A stretch of 64,000 nt of DNA from Candidatus Jorgensenbacteria bacterium GW2011_GWB1_50_10 (GCA_001004105.1 LCQK01000001.1:102928-166927), one strand, 5' to 3'. Positions 29,487 to 38,650 are shown, numbered from the stretch's first letter. Program-made: numbers and translations. Notes: generated from the sequence alone by a model not told the origin.

Positions 29487-30941
29487 ATGAAGATTGATGT
29501 CCCCGAAGTCGTAAGAGAAATCGCCGAAGGTTTGGAGGAGACCGGGCACAAGGCCTATCTTGTGGGCGGCTGCGTTCGCGATTTGCTCCTGCACCGCGAA
29601 CCTAAGGATTGGGATATCGCAACCGCCGCTCTGCCGGAGGCGGTTCAAAAAATTTTCCCGGAAAGCGTCTATGAAAACGAGTTCGGCACGGTGGGCGTGA
29701 AAACCGGGAGCGACGAGGAAAATCTGAAAATCGTGGAAGTGACCACTTTCCGGATTGAGGGCCGCTATACCGACAAGCGCCACCCCGACGAAATCAAATT
29801 CGCCAAAACAATTGAAGAGGATTTGAGCCGCCGGGATTTTACGATTAATGCGCTCGCGATGGATATGGCGGGCAGGGTCATTGACCCTTACGGCGGCAAA
29901 GATGATTTGAAGGCGAAAATCATAAAGGCAGTCGGCAATCCGAAGGAAAGATTCAACGAAGACGCGCTCCGCCTCGTGCGGGCCGTGCGGTTTGCCGCCG
30001 AACTTAGATTTGAAGTAGAAAAAGAAACCGGTCGGGCGATTAAAAACGACGCCGGCCTCCTGGAAATGATTGCTAAAGAACGGATTCGGGACGAATTCGT
30101 GAAAATTGTGATGGCGCCGGGTGCCGCGGACAGCATCATTAAACTTGAAGATTATGGTCTGCTTCGCTTCGTTATGCCGGAGTTTCGCGAAGGCATCGGC
30201 TGCGGCCAGAATTTGCACCACATCTACACCGTTTTTGAGCATAATGTGCGGGCCTTGAATTACACGGTTGAAAAAGGTTATCCGCTCCACATTCGGCTTG
30301 CCGCCCTGCTCCACGATGTCGGCAAGCCCCGCACTAAGCATGGCGAAGGCAAGTATTCCACTTTTTACAATCACGAGGTGGTCGGCGCCAAAATGACGAT
30401 GAAAATTTTGGACCGCCTCCATTTCTCCAAAGATTTAGTGGAGCGAGTGGCGCATCTCGTCCGCTCCCATCTTTTTTACTACAACGTGGGCGAAGTGACT
30501 GAGGCCGGCGTCCGGAGGTTTTTAATGAGAGTTGGTCCCGAGAACGTTCCCGATTTGATAAAAGTGCGGGAGGCCGACCGGATAGGTTCCGGCGTTCCCA
30601 AGGCCGTGCCTTATAAAATCCGCCACCTCCTTTTTATGATTGAGAAGGTGAAGAACGACCCAATCAGCCCCAAGATGCTCAAGGTGGATGGGAATGACGT
30701 CATGAAAATTTTGGGGCTCCCGCCGGGACCGAAAGTCGGGCAAATTTTAAGCGTGCTTTTGGAGGACGTTTTGGACGACCCGGCCAAAAACAAAAGCGAT
30801 TTTTTGGAAAATCGGGTGGGGGAGCTGGGGCACTTGAAAGAAGAGAGCTTAAGAGCGCTTTCCTTGAAAGCCGAGACGAAGAAGGAGGAATTTGAAAGCG
30901 GAGTTGAAAGAGAAATCAAAAAGAAATACCATGTGAGTTGA
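29487..30941 (+). CDS. cca: CCA-adding enzyme / tRNA nucleotidyltransferase with HD domain
   Basis: GGCVRDLLL...DWDIAT polymerase-beta head; HD motif LAALLHDVGKP. Confidence 0.85.
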   Translation: MKIDVPEVVREIAEGLEETGHKAYLVGGCVRDLLLHREPKDWDIATAALPEAVQKIFPESVYENEFGTVGVKTGSDEENLKIVEVTTFRIEGRYTDKRHPDEIKFAKTIEEDLSRRDFTINALAMDMAGRVIDPYGGKDDLKAKIIKAVGNPKERFNEDALRLVRAVRFAAELRFEVEKETGRAIKNDAGLLEMIAKERIRDEFVKIVMAPGAADSIIKLEDYGLLRFVMPEFREGIGCGQNLHHIYTVFEHNVRALNYTVEKGYPLHIRLAALLHDVGKPRTKHGEGKYSTFYNHEVVGAKMTMKILDRLHFSKDLVERVAHLVRSHLFYYNVGEVTEAGVRRFLMRVGPENVPDLIKVREADRIGSGVPKAVPYKIRHLLFMIEKVKNDPISPKMLKVDGNDVMKILGLPPGPKVGQILSVLLEDVLDDPAKNKSDFLENRVGELGHLKEESLRALSLKAETKKEEFESGVEREIKKKYHVS

Positions 30942-30943
30942 CT

Positions 30944-31014
30944 CGGGGTGTCGTATAGTGGCAGTACGCAGGGTTCGGGACTCTGTAGTCTGGGTTCGAT
31001 TCCCAGCACCCCGA
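30944..31014 (+). tRNA. tRNA-Pro (CGG)
   Basis: anticodon loop TTCGGGA with G37; GGTTCGATTCC T-arm. Confidence 0.75.
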
Positions 31015-31020
31015 CATTTC

Positions 31021-32112
31021 ATGGAAATAAAATCCGATAAGTTCGGTCCGGAAAACGTTATTGAAGTTTATGAACCCGAAATTGGGATGAAGGGGTTTTT
31101 AGTGATTGACAATACGGTGCTCGGTCCCGGCAAGGGGGGCATCAGAATGACGCCGAACGTGACCAAAGAGGAAGTTTGGCGTCTCGCCCGGACCATGACT
31201 TGGAAGAATGCCTTGGCTGACATCCCTTTCGGCGGCGCCAAAGCGGGAATTGTCTGGCAGGGCGGCGACGGAGCGCAGAAAAAGCAATTCGTTCAGAGTT
31301 TCGCAAAAAGAATTAAAGATTTCATGCCGGACCGTTACATTGCCGGGCCCGACGTTTCGACCGGCGAGAGGGAAATGCGGTGGTTCGTGGAGGCAACCGG
31401 CGACCCGCGTTCGGCAACCGGGAAACCGGAGAGTTTCGGCGGCCTCCCTCATGAATTAGGCAGCACCGGTTTTGGGGTGGCGGAAGCCGCGGCCGTGGCC
31501 GCCGAGATCGGAGGCGTTAACATCAAAAACGCGTCGGTGGCGATTGAGGGTTTTGGCAACGTGGGAAAGTTTGCCGCGAAGCACTTGGTCGGGAAAGGAG
31601 CAAAAATTGTGGCCGTGGCCGACAGCGAGGGAATGATTTACGACCCCAGAGGTCTCGACGTTTTGAAGCTCATAGAAATTAAATCTGGCGGCTGCGCCGT
31701 TTGTGAATATCCGGGAGGGGAAAAGTTACCGCGCGGAGACGTCTTCGGTCTTGAGGTTGATATTCTCATCCCCGCTTCGGTGACCGACGTTATAAACGAA
31801 AAGAACGAAAAATCAATCAAATCAAAAATAATCGTGGAAGGCGCCAACATTCCGATGACCGAGGAGATAGAGAAAGAACTGTGGCAGCGCAACGTTCTTG
31901 TTGTGCCGGATATGGTGGCCAATGCCGGCGGCGTGATTTCCTCTTACGCCGAATATATGGGTTACGGTCCCGACAAAATGTTCGGGCTCGTGGAGGAAAA
32001 GATAAGGAAAAGCGTCGGGGCGGTGCTTCGGTTGAGTCTTGAACAAAAAAGAAATCCCCGCGAAGTCGCCTTAGAGATTGCCAGGGCAAAAATTGAAGCC
32101 AAAGTATTATAA
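31021..32112 (+). CDS. Glu/Leu/Phe/Val dehydrogenase family (glutamate dehydrogenase-like)
   Basis: GKGGIRM and FGGAKAGI motifs; Rossmann GFGNVG; 363 aa from ATG 31021. Confidence 0.8.
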   Translation: MEIKSDKFGPENVIEVYEPEIGMKGFLVIDNTVLGPGKGGIRMTPNVTKEEVWRLARTMTWKNALADIPFGGAKAGIVWQGGDGAQKKQFVQSFAKRIKDFMPDRYIAGPDVSTGEREMRWFVEATGDPRSATGKPESFGGLPHELGSTGFGVAEAAAVAAEIGGVNIKNASVAIEGFGNVGKFAAKHLVGKGAKIVAVADSEGMIYDPRGLDVLKLIEIKSGGCAVCEYPGGEKLPRGDVFGLEVDILIPASVTDVINEKNEKSIKSKIIVEGANIPMTEEIEKELWQRNVLVVPDMVANAGGVISSYAEYMGYGPDKMFGLVEEKIRKSVGAVLRLSLEQKRNPREVALEIARAKIEAKVL

Positions 32113-32120
32113 TAAAGTTT

Positions 32121-32693
32121 ATGCATAATTTTGTACCCGCCAAGGTCTTTTTTACGAAAGGAGTTGGCCGCCACAAGGAAGAGCTTGGTTCTTTTGAGAT
32201 GGCGCTTCGTGACGCGGGGATTGAGAAGTTTAACCTCGTTCGAGTTTCGTCTATTTTTCCTCCGAACTGCAAGATTATTTCGCGGGAGAAGGGGCTCCAG
32301 CTTCTTAATCCCGGGGAGGTCGTGTTTTGCGTAATGTACGATTTGCGGGCGAACGAGCCGAACCGCTTAATGGCGGCCTCCGTAGGGCTTGCGGTGCCGG
32401 CGGATCCCAACCAATACGGCTATCTTTCCGAGCATAAATCTTTCGGTGAAACGGAAGAGAGAGCCGGCGAATACGCCGAGGATCTGGCGGCGAGCATGCT
32501 CGCCACGACGCTCGGGCTTGAGTTTAACGCCGATGCCGCCTGGGATGAACGCGAGCATATTTACAAAACGAGCGGGAAGATAATAAAAACGACGAACATC
32601 ACGCAATCGGCAGTAGGGAATAAAGATGGTCTTTGGACGACGGTTCTCGCCGCCGCAGTTTTCGTTTCTGATGGGAACGGTGCAGAGGTTTGA
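32121..32693 (+). CDS. pdaD: pyruvoyl-dependent arginine decarboxylase
   Basis: PdaD-family N-terminus with the VSS|I self-cleavage site ([10 protein letters not shown]). Confidence 0.75.
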   Translation: MHNFVPAKVFFTKGVGRHKEELGSFEMALRDAGIEKFNLVRVSSIFPPNCKIISREKGLQLLNPGEVVFCVMYDLRANEPNRLMAASVGLAVPADPNQYGYLSEHKSFGETEERAGEYAEDLAASMLATTLGLEFNADAAWDEREHIYKTSGKIIKTTNITQSAVGNKDGLWTTVLAAAVFVSDGNGAEV

Positions 32694-33013
32694 TGATAAG
32701 CTTTGAAGATTTCAAAAAATTGGATTTACGGGTGGCGAAAATCGTCGCCGCGGAAAGGGTGGAGGCGACGGACAAGCTTCTGAAGCTTCACCTTGATATT
32801 GGCGGTGAGGAGCGGCAAATTATCTCTGGTATTGCCGAGGAATATTCTCCCGAAGGACTAATCGGCCGGGAAATCGTGATTATCGCCAATCTCGAACCGC
32901 GGAACTTCAAGGGAATTGAAAGCCAGGGGATGCTTCTTGCCGCCGAGTCGGATGGCGTGATATCGCTTTTGAAGCTGGATGAGGAAGTCCCGCCCGGCAG
33001 CCCGGTTCACTAA
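32690..33013 (+). CDS. tRNA-binding protein (CsaA/Trbp111/EMAP-like domain)
   Basis: [22 protein letters not shown] resembles the MetRS C-terminal tRNA-binding domain. Confidence 0.7.
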   Translation: MMISFEDFKKLDLRVAKIVAAERVEATDKLLKLHLDIGGEERQIISGIAEEYSPEGLIGREIVIIANLEPRNFKGIESQGMLLAAESDGVISLLKLDEEVPPGSPVH

Positions 33014-33092
33014 AATTTCTCTGGAAAATTTCTCTGGTTTTGTTGTGTCTTCAAAATCCGTCCATATGGACGGATTTTGAAGACGTTTTGTT

Positions 33093-33785
33093 TTGCCGCT
33101 TTTTAGTGATAAGATGAAAGCAATGGACGGCATCTTTGCGGTTTACAAACCCAAAGGGATGACTTCGCACGACGTAGTGGATAGAGTCAGACGGATCACC
33201 GGAGAGCGGAGCGTGGGACACGCCGGGACGCTTGACCCCTTGGCCGAAGGCGTTTTGGTTTTAGGTATCGGGGACGCGACCAAAGATTTGCAGAAAGTCG
33301 TAGAGAAAGATAAGGAATATTTCGTCCGGATAAAACTGGGCGAAGAGAGTACGACCGACGACGCCGAAGGCGAGAAGAGAATGGTCTTTGCGAGGGAGAT
33401 TCCGACGAGCGACAAAATAGCGGCTCTTGTTGAAAAATTCAAAGGCAAAATTAAGCAGACGCCGCCCCTGTACAGCGCCGTGAAAGTTGAGGGCAAAGAA
33501 TCCTACAAATGGGCGCGGCGAGGCGAACCGAAAGAGTTGAAACCCCGCGAAGTGGAGATTAAAGATATAGAAGTAATAATGTATGACTGGCCGAACTTGT
33601 CTCTTAAAGTCGTGACTGGCCCCGGCTTCTACGTCCGTTCTTTGGCCCGCGACATCGGCAAGGAACTCAAAACCGGCGGCTATGTTCAGGAACTGTTCCG
33701 GACGCGAGTGGGCGTTTACACTGACAAGGAAGCGATTAGATTGGAAGAATTCCCGGAGTTTTGGAAATCAAGAACGTTGAGTTAA
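33093..33785 (+). CDS. truB: tRNA pseudouridine-55 synthase TruB
   Basis: GIFAVYKPKGMTSHDVV...GHAGTLDPLAEGVLV catalytic-Asp motif. Confidence 0.85.
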   Translation: MPLFSDKMKAMDGIFAVYKPKGMTSHDVVDRVRRITGERSVGHAGTLDPLAEGVLVLGIGDATKDLQKVVEKDKEYFVRIKLGEESTTDDAEGEKRMVFAREIPTSDKIAALVEKFKGKIKQTPPLYSAVKVEGKESYKWARRGEPKELKPREVEIKDIEVIMYDWPNLSLKVVTGPGFYVRSLARDIGKELKTGGYVQELFRTRVGVYTDKEAIRLEEFPEFWKSRTLS

Positions 33786-33881
33786 AATCACTTACTCGCT
33801 TTCCATTCCCGTGAGATTCCGGTAAGTTGCGCGACTCCCCGTATTTTATTAATATACTCTCCAGAACATCCGGGAGGATTA

Positions 33882-34085
33882 ATGTTTGAAAGCCATGACT
33901 GGCGGTCCAAACCGGGGCTCTTCAGAGAAGGCAGTGACGAGTTTTTCGAGCTGGTTTTGAGCACGGGCGTGCAAATTGAGCTCTTACCCACCGAACCCTC
34001 GTCAGGCATCTTCCAGCACCGCTTCTGCGCGAATCATCCGGGCGAAGAAGTGTTGGAGGAATTGTCTCTCGCCGTCTTTGACTGA
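33882..34085 (+). CDS. small hypothetical protein (high GC)
   Basis: GGAGG-like RBS, 67 aa, followed by a strong terminator. Confidence 0.35.
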   Translation: MFESHDWRSKPGLFREGSDEFFELVLSTGVQIELLPTEPSSGIFQHRFCANHPGEEVLEELSLAVFD

Positions 34086-34097
34086 ACCCGGGCAGTG

Positions 34098-34135
34098 CTC
34101 CGTCATCTCGCACGAGATGACGGAGCGTTTTTCTT
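34098..34135 (+). terminator. rho-independent terminator
   Basis: CTCCGTCATCTCG-cac-GAGATGACGGAG hairpin followed by TTTTTCTT. Confidence 0.7.
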
Positions 34136-34174
34136 ATGGTATAAATTTTTAAGCGCCTGCCCGCTGGCAGGCAG

Positions 34175-34248
34175 GGGCCTGTAGTATAGTGGTAATACAC
34201 CGCATTCGCATTGCGGAGACAGGGATTCGATTTCCCTCAGGTCCACCA
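34175..34248 (+). tRNA. tRNA-Ala (CGC), CCA encoded
   Basis: G3:U70 identity pair; anticodon loop TTCGCAT; 3' ...CAGGTCCACCA; preceded by palindrome GCCTGCCCGCTGGCAGGC. Confidence 0.8.
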
Positions 34249-34348
34249 CGTAATTTCGTTTGATTTTTGAAGCCGCTTAATCTACCTTGAAAGGCAGCAC
34301 CATTGCCTATTTTGGGCTATCCCACATCTAAATTAAGGAGAGTGAAAC

Positions 34349-35053
34349 ATGGAGAGCAGGATAATTCTCGCTGCCGACATGAGTCTTGGTGAGTGCCTGG
34401 ACTTGACCCATGCGATCGGAGAGAGGGTCTACGCGGTCAAGGTTCACGACGCCTATGACTCGAACGGCCCGACCGCGGTCAAGATGCTCCGCGAAGCCGG
34501 GGCCATGCGGGTTTGGGTGGACGCGAAGCTTCATGACATTCCGAACACGGTGAAGCGCCGTGCCAATGCGATCGCCGATTCCGGCGCCCAGATTCTCACG
34601 GTTCACGCCTCGGGTGGAATCGAGATGATGCAAGCGGCGGTCGGCGAGTTTCCTTTCGAGGTCTACGCAATCACGGTTCTCACCTCACTCACTGAAGAGG
34701 AGGTGCATCTCGCTTACGGCCAGCCATCCAAGGCGGCCGTACTCTACCTCGCGCGGCTTGCCAAGCTCGCAGGAGTTGCCGGCATCGTCTGTTCCCCGAA
34801 GGAGGTCGGTATTCTCGCCAAGCGGCCGGAACTGAAAGGCATGAAGTTCGTGGTTCCAGGCATCCGGTCGGCCGGCAAGGATAAAGGAGACCAGGAACGG
34901 GTGGATACACCGGCGGCGGCCTTGAAAGACGGCGCCGACTATCTCGTCGTCGGCCGCCAGATCACGCAGGCCTCCGACCCGGTGGCCGCACTCATTGAGC
35001 TCGAGGCGGAGATTTCCGCGGCTCTCGCTTCAATCGAAGGAGCGAAGTCATGA
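34349..35053 (+). CDS. pyrF: orotidine-5'-phosphate decarboxylase
   Basis: AADMSL...KVHDAY...DAKLHDIPNT...VVGRQI motifs; high GC. Confidence 0.8.
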   Translation: MESRIILAADMSLGECLDLTHAIGERVYAVKVHDAYDSNGPTAVKMLREAGAMRVWVDAKLHDIPNTVKRRANAIADSGAQILTVHASGGIEMMQAAVGEFPFEVYAITVLTSLTEEEVHLAYGQPSKAAVLYLARLAKLAGVAGIVCSPKEVGILAKRPELKGMKFVVPGIRSAGKDKGDQERVDTPAAALKDGADYLVVGRQITQASDPVAALIELEAEISAALASIEGAKS

Positions 35054-35784
35054 AAAGAAGACCCAACAACGGGAGAATTAATTCTCTCGAAGTATCCGGA
35101 ATGCCGCTCGCCGGGCTTCGCGGACTCCTCGCCGAAGATTTCAACGGCGACATCTCGCCAGCCGCTCTCCGGCACATTCTCACGATCTGCGACGCGCTCT
35201 GGCTCCATTCGGGCGACCCGGCTTTGCCGCACGCCGAGCTCACCTCGGGTAAGTGCAGTAACGGGTTCGTGGATGTGCTCCGCGTTCTTCAGTATCCGAA
35301 TCTCTGCGAGCTTCTGGCGTGTCAGCTTGTCATGAAGCTCGAGGCGACCTACCGCGGGCCTATTCACTGGGCGGTTGGTTCGGACCACGCCGGCGCGACC
35401 ATTTCCTACGCCGTCGCGAACTGGCTTCTCGCAAAGCACGCTTTCACGGAGAAGGGGCTGGACAAGACCCAACTCTGGAAGCGGTTCGTGATTGAGCCGG
35501 AGGAGGTCGTTCTTCAGGTGGAAGACCTCGTGACCACGCTCGGTACGCTCCGGGCGGTGCGGGAAGGCATCCGGCAGGGGAATCCGCATCCGGTCACGTT
35601 CGCTCCCGTCGTTCTCACGCTCGTCCATCGTTCGGACGTCTACGAGTTCGAGGGCGCGCCCATCGTCTACCTCGCGCACTACGACATCCAAACATGGTCG
35701 CCCGAGGAATGCCCTCTTTGCAAGGCCGGCTCCGTTCGGCTCCGGCCCAAGGAGAACTGGGCCAAACTCACGGGACAGGAGTAG
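35050..35784 (+). CDS. pyrE: type I phosphoribosyltransferase, probable orotate phosphoribosyltransferase
   Basis: PRPP-binding motif VLQVEDLVTTLGT; ATGA overlap with pyrF. Confidence 0.5.
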   Translation: MKRRPNNGRINSLEVSGMPLAGLRGLLAEDFNGDISPAALRHILTICDALWLHSGDPALPHAELTSGKCSNGFVDVLRVLQYPNLCELLACQLVMKLEATYRGPIHWAVGSDHAGATISYAVANWLLAKHAFTEKGLDKTQLWKRFVIEPEEVVLQVEDLVTTLGTLRAVREGIRQGNPHPVTFAPVVLTLVHRSDVYEFEGAPIVYLAHYDIQTWSPEECPLCKAGSVRLRPKENWAKLTGQE

Positions 35785-35806
35785 TTCTGTCTCAAGCAAA
35801 AAGCAA

Positions 35807-35841
35807 GCGGCACCAGAAAATCGGTGCCGCTTTCGCTTTTT
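35807..35841. terminator. bidirectional terminator (GCGGCACC-agaaaatc-GGTGCCGC)
   Basis: hairpin plus flanking T run; the same element recurs inverted at 36728-36765. Confidence 0.65.
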
Positions 35842-35853
35842 CTTCATCGCTCG

Positions 35854-36135
35854 TCACTCCTCTTTCCCTGTGTTCGGAATGGCCGGGCCGCAGCCGCCGG
35901 GATGCCGGTCATAGTAGGCGCGGCAGTTTTTCAAGAACAATTCCCGCGTCATAGTGATGGTGCCCGCGTTTAGCGATTCCGGCAGGAGCCGGTAGAGCTC
36001 CGAATCCAAAATCCAGCACCGGTCGTTGTTGTGCGCGTTCCGGTGGCGCCGGATGGCGTTGCGGAGCCGCATCACCTCCCTCCGCAGTTCCGGAGCCACC
36101 ATCGGCTTCAGATCCCTATCCTGCAGTCGCATCAT
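35854..36135 (-). CDS. hypothetical protein (high GC)
   Basis: AAGGAGA RBS upstream on the minus strand; 93 aa. Confidence 0.5.
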   Translation of the reverse strand: MMRLQDRDLKPMVAPELRREVMRLRNAIRRHRNAHNNDRCWILDSELYRLLPESLNAGTITMTRELFLKNCRAYYDRHPGGCGPAIPNTGKEE

Positions 36136-36186
36136 AAATTCTCCTTGAAGGTCCGATTTCCAAACTACCGCAAGTTGTTTGCCTTT

Positions 36187-36215
36187 TCAAGGACAGGTTG
36201 GTATAGTCCGAGGCG
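36187..36215 (+). promoter_or_regulatory. promoter TTGCCT-17-TATAGT
   Basis: near-identical copy at 36765-36793. Confidence 0.5.
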
Positions 36216-36240
36216 GAAACCTTAACAAGGAGGGTGCGAA

Positions 36241-36688
36241 TATGACCTGGAAACAGAGAGCAGCGATGATTTCGATCATCATCGCCGGAATCTTCGCCTT
36301 GGTCGCCTTGGTTCGGTTCGTGCCCGACGGCAGCGCTTCGGACGCGAATCCGCCGGGGAAAGCCGAGCCGAGGAACACCTGGGTACTCGCCATAGTGGCT
36401 GAATACCAATCGCGAGTGTCCATTGAAGATGATTACGTCGACGTGGACGTCGTCTGGGAGATCGCCGAAGGTCCCGATACCAGGCGGCTCATGTTCGGTA
36501 CGATCAATCGCCTCCGGGTGGCGAAGAGCAACCCGCGCCTCAAGGAGCTCGTGCCGGGTGCGGCAGTTTTCATCCCCATGTCAGTGGACAAACTCACCTA
36601 CGATAGCGAAAAGTACACGAGTTACACGAGGGACTACAACAGCGAGCCGCTCACCGAGTTCCGGCTCTACCGGGAGTATCACCGGTAG
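36241..36688 (+). CDS. membrane-anchored hypothetical protein
   Basis: AAGGAGGG RBS; TM ISIIIAGIFALVALV. Confidence 0.55.
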
Positions 36689-36727
36689 GACGCTCTAGAG
36701 CGAGCGACACAGCACAAGCAAAAAGCA

Positions 36728-36765
36728 AGCGGCACCGATTTTCTGGTGCCGCTTTGTGCTTTTAT
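36728..36765. terminator. terminator, inverted copy of the 35807 element
   Basis: GCGGCACC-gattttct-GGTGCCGC plus T run; shares the upstream 22-mer caagcaaaaagcaagcggcacc. Confidence 0.65.
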
Positions 36766-36793
36766 TTGCCTTTTCAAAAATTGGTTGGTATAG
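36765..36793 (+). promoter_or_regulatory. promoter TTGCCT-17-TATAGT (duplicate)
   Basis: seen directly. Confidence 0.5.
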
Positions 36794-36825
36794 TCCGGGG
36801 TGGAACCTCTCACCAAGGAGAAGTT

Positions 36826-37158
36826 ATGAAAGCCGTTGCAACGGCCAAACCGCAGGCCTACACCCCACGCTTTCCGGAGATGTACAAGTTTCTCTTCGAG
36901 GTATACTCCAGGGCGATGAAGCCGGGAGCGAAGGACGCGGAGGTGTGGTGTGAGAGAGCGAAGACGCTTTTCTTGACCTTGAGCACGCTCAAGGAAGAAG
37001 GTGTTCTTCCGATTTCTTTCACCCAGACTTTCTGGGAAGATGTGCAAGCCGTGATGAAGACGGTGCACGGCCGAGTGAAGCCGGTCGAGCTCACGGAGAC
37101 CCAGTCCTATCTCACCTTCGGCATCTCCAACCTCCGCCGCGATTTCGGCGGCGACTGA
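36826..37158 (+). CDS. hypothetical protein
   Basis: AAGGAGAAG RBS; 110 aa. Confidence 0.55.
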   Translation: MKAVATAKPQAYTPRFPEMYKFLFEVYSRAMKPGAKDAEVWCERAKTLFLTLSTLKEEGVLPISFTQTFWEDVQAVMKTVHGRVKPVELTETQSYLTFGISNLRRDFGGD

Positions 37159-37209
37159 ACAACAACCGAGCAACTCATCAGGGTAAGCAAAAATTTGGGA
37201 GGCAAACGT

Positions 37210-37371
37210 ATGGCCCCGTCCCAGCAAACCAAAACCCTTACCTTGGATGAGGTAAGGGCGCAGGTGGAAGAGTGGGAGGAAATAGCCAGGAACTACGAGA
37301 ACGTCCCTGACAGCCTCGCAAGGAATCTCAAGGAAGCGTGTGCGGTAATACGAGCTTTCCTTAGAAGATAA
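37210..37371 (+). CDS. small hypothetical protein (53 aa)
   Basis: GGGAGG RBS 8 nt upstream of ATG 37210; below the ORF-track size cutoff. Confidence 0.35.
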   Translation: MAPSQQTKTLTLDEVRAQVEEWEEIARNYENVPDSLARNLKEACAVIRAFLRR

Positions 37372-37429
37372 ACTTGAGCAACCAGCAACGGGGCAAGCGC
37401 GTGCGCTTGCCCTGAAGTATTTTATAAAA

Positions 37430-37458
37430 TTGATCATTTTGAAAATTTGAGGCAGAAT
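37430..37458 (+). promoter_or_regulatory. island promoter module TTGATC-17(ATTTTGAAAATTTGAGG)-CAGAAT
   Basis: same spacer and -10 recur at 37809, 38288, 40637 and 44965. Confidence 0.5.
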
Positions 37459-37464
37459 ACTATT

Positions 37465-37808
37465 GACGCAAGCCAGCGCAGTTGACCGAGAGTGTGCAGA
37501 CGCGTATGCGCCCTCTCCTCTGAGCGCCGAGACGGGTGGGTATAAGTGTCCGGCTAAGCCCGTAAAAAAGCTGGCAACAAAGAAACCTTGAAAGCCGCGG
37601 CTTGGGGAAGTGCAAGTATATCGCGCCCCTTGAAGGACGGCTATCAAACCAAATAGCCGCTCTTGGATAAAATGACTTTGTTCGGGTGGCTGGAGCCTGA
37701 ACTCTGCCGTACTCCCCGCGGTGAGTATTGGACAGCTATCGGTTCTCTCTGAGAACCGTGCATCTTGGGCCCGATGAGACGTTACGTCAAACGGGCCCAG
37801 TTTTTTTA
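37465..37808 (+). ncRNA. candidate structured non-coding RNA (~340 nt) of unknown class
   Basis: own promoter (37430-37458) and strong terminator (GGGCCCG...CGGGCCC + T8 at 37767-37808); all three + frames closed; several internal hairpins (GAGAACCGATAGC/GGTTCTC). Confidence 0.35.
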
Positions 37809-37857
37809 TTGTCCATTTTGAAAATTTGAGGCAGCAGAACAAAATTGGTTATTGGAA

Positions 37858-37873
37858 CAATTCGCGCGAATTG
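37858..37873. promoter_or_regulatory. perfect 16 bp palindrome CAATTCGCGCGAATTG (operator copy 1)
   Basis: at -40 to -25 relative to TGGTATAAT (37882-37890) of the ArsR-like gene; identical 24-mer at 38238-38261. Confidence 0.6.
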
Positions 37874-37902
37874 GCGAAAGATGGTATAATGAGTTCAAGA
37901 AT

Positions 37903-38166
37903 ATGAAACGGTGGACGATTGTTTTTAAGGCGTTATCTAATGTCAATCGGCTCAAAATCATAAGACTTTTGTCAAAAGGCGGCGCTTTGAATGTCGGCGG
38001 CATTGCCGAGGAACTCAATATTTCGCCGAAAGCCACCTCCAAGCATTTGATAATTCTTCATAACTTGGACGTTCTGGAAAGCGTAGGGAAAGAAGGTCAC
38101 GTTTTGTATTCGCTGAACACGAAAATGCCGCGGGATTTTCGCAGAGTTTTGGGGAACTTTAATTAA
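37903..38166 (+). CDS. ArsR/SmtB-family transcriptional regulator
   Basis: HTH SNVNRLKIIRLLSKGGALNVGGIAEELNISPKATSKHLIILHNL; start ATG 37903 just after the extended -10. Confidence 0.7.
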   Translation: MKRWTIVFKALSNVNRLKIIRLLSKGGALNVGGIAEELNISPKATSKHLIILHNLDVLESVGKEGHVLYSLNTKMPRDFRRVLGNFN

Positions 38167-38240
38167 GCAGTTTGCCCGGGGCGCGCTCCTTATCCTATCC
38201 TAACCTTGTCTTACCTTTCTTACTCTAAGGCCTTAGGGAA

Positions 38241-38256
38241 CAATTCGCGCGAATTG
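38241..38256. promoter_or_regulatory. CAATTCGCGCGAATTG palindrome (operator copy 2)
   Basis: identical to 37858-37873 with 4 bp of flank each side. Confidence 0.6.
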
Positions 38257-38339
38257 GCGAATGGTTGGTGAATGGGGAAGGGGCAAATTGTCCGTTTCTC
38301 GAAAATGAGGCAGAATGAGGGGATAAATTAGTTATCGTA

Positions 38340-38366
38340 TGATAACCATTGACAAATTGGTTATCA
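38340..38366. promoter_or_regulatory. inverted repeat TGATAACCA-N9-TGGTTATCA spanning a TTGACA hexamer (candidate TA operator)
   Basis: seen directly; the P3 promoter module lies at 38288-38316. Confidence 0.5.
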
Positions 38367-38384
38367 GTTATATTCTTTGTATAT

Positions 38385-38639
38385 ATGGATAAAAAACTCT
38401 TGTCGACGAGTGAAGCCGCAAAAATTTTAGGTATCAGCCGGGTAGCGGTATTGAAGAGAATTAAAAAGAATCAGCTTAAAGCCAGGAAGGTTGGGAAGAA
38501 TTATGTCATTGCTAAAGAAGATCTGCCGATTGAGGCAGGGGGTGAAATCACCGAAATTAAGAAAAAACTAATTGATGCAGCCATAAAAAAAGCATTAACC
38601 GACTATCGGGAAACTCTGGAATTGTTGGGGAAAGAATAA
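38385..38639 (+). CDS. HTH (excisionase/MerR-type) DNA-binding protein, probable antitoxin of Doc
   Basis: LSTSEAAKILGISRVAVLKRIKKNQL HTH; 12 nt upstream of doc. Confidence 0.6.
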   Translation: MDKKLLSTSEAAKILGISRVAVLKRIKKNQLKARKVGKNYVIAKEDLPIEAGGEITEIKKKLIDAAIKKALTDYRETLELLGKE

Positions 38640-38650
38640 ATTGATCGTTT

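Noticed and set aside
37465-37808. Identity of the candidate ncRNA as RNase P RNA, tmRNA, SRP RNA or 6S RNA
   Set aside because: A manual search found none of the conserved blocks (RNase P CR-I/CR-V, tmRNA tRNA-like ends and tag ORF, SRP domain IV). Its class remains unknown.
36679-37842. 387 aa minus-strand ORF spanning the antisense of two + genes, a promoter and the candidate ncRNA
   Set aside because: The translation is low-complexity (S/R/A/G/P/F/C-rich). It runs straight through the promoter/terminator modules and the antisense of the better-supported + genes. It is treated as a GC-driven open frame, although its length is statistically odd and is flagged in the ncRNA finding.
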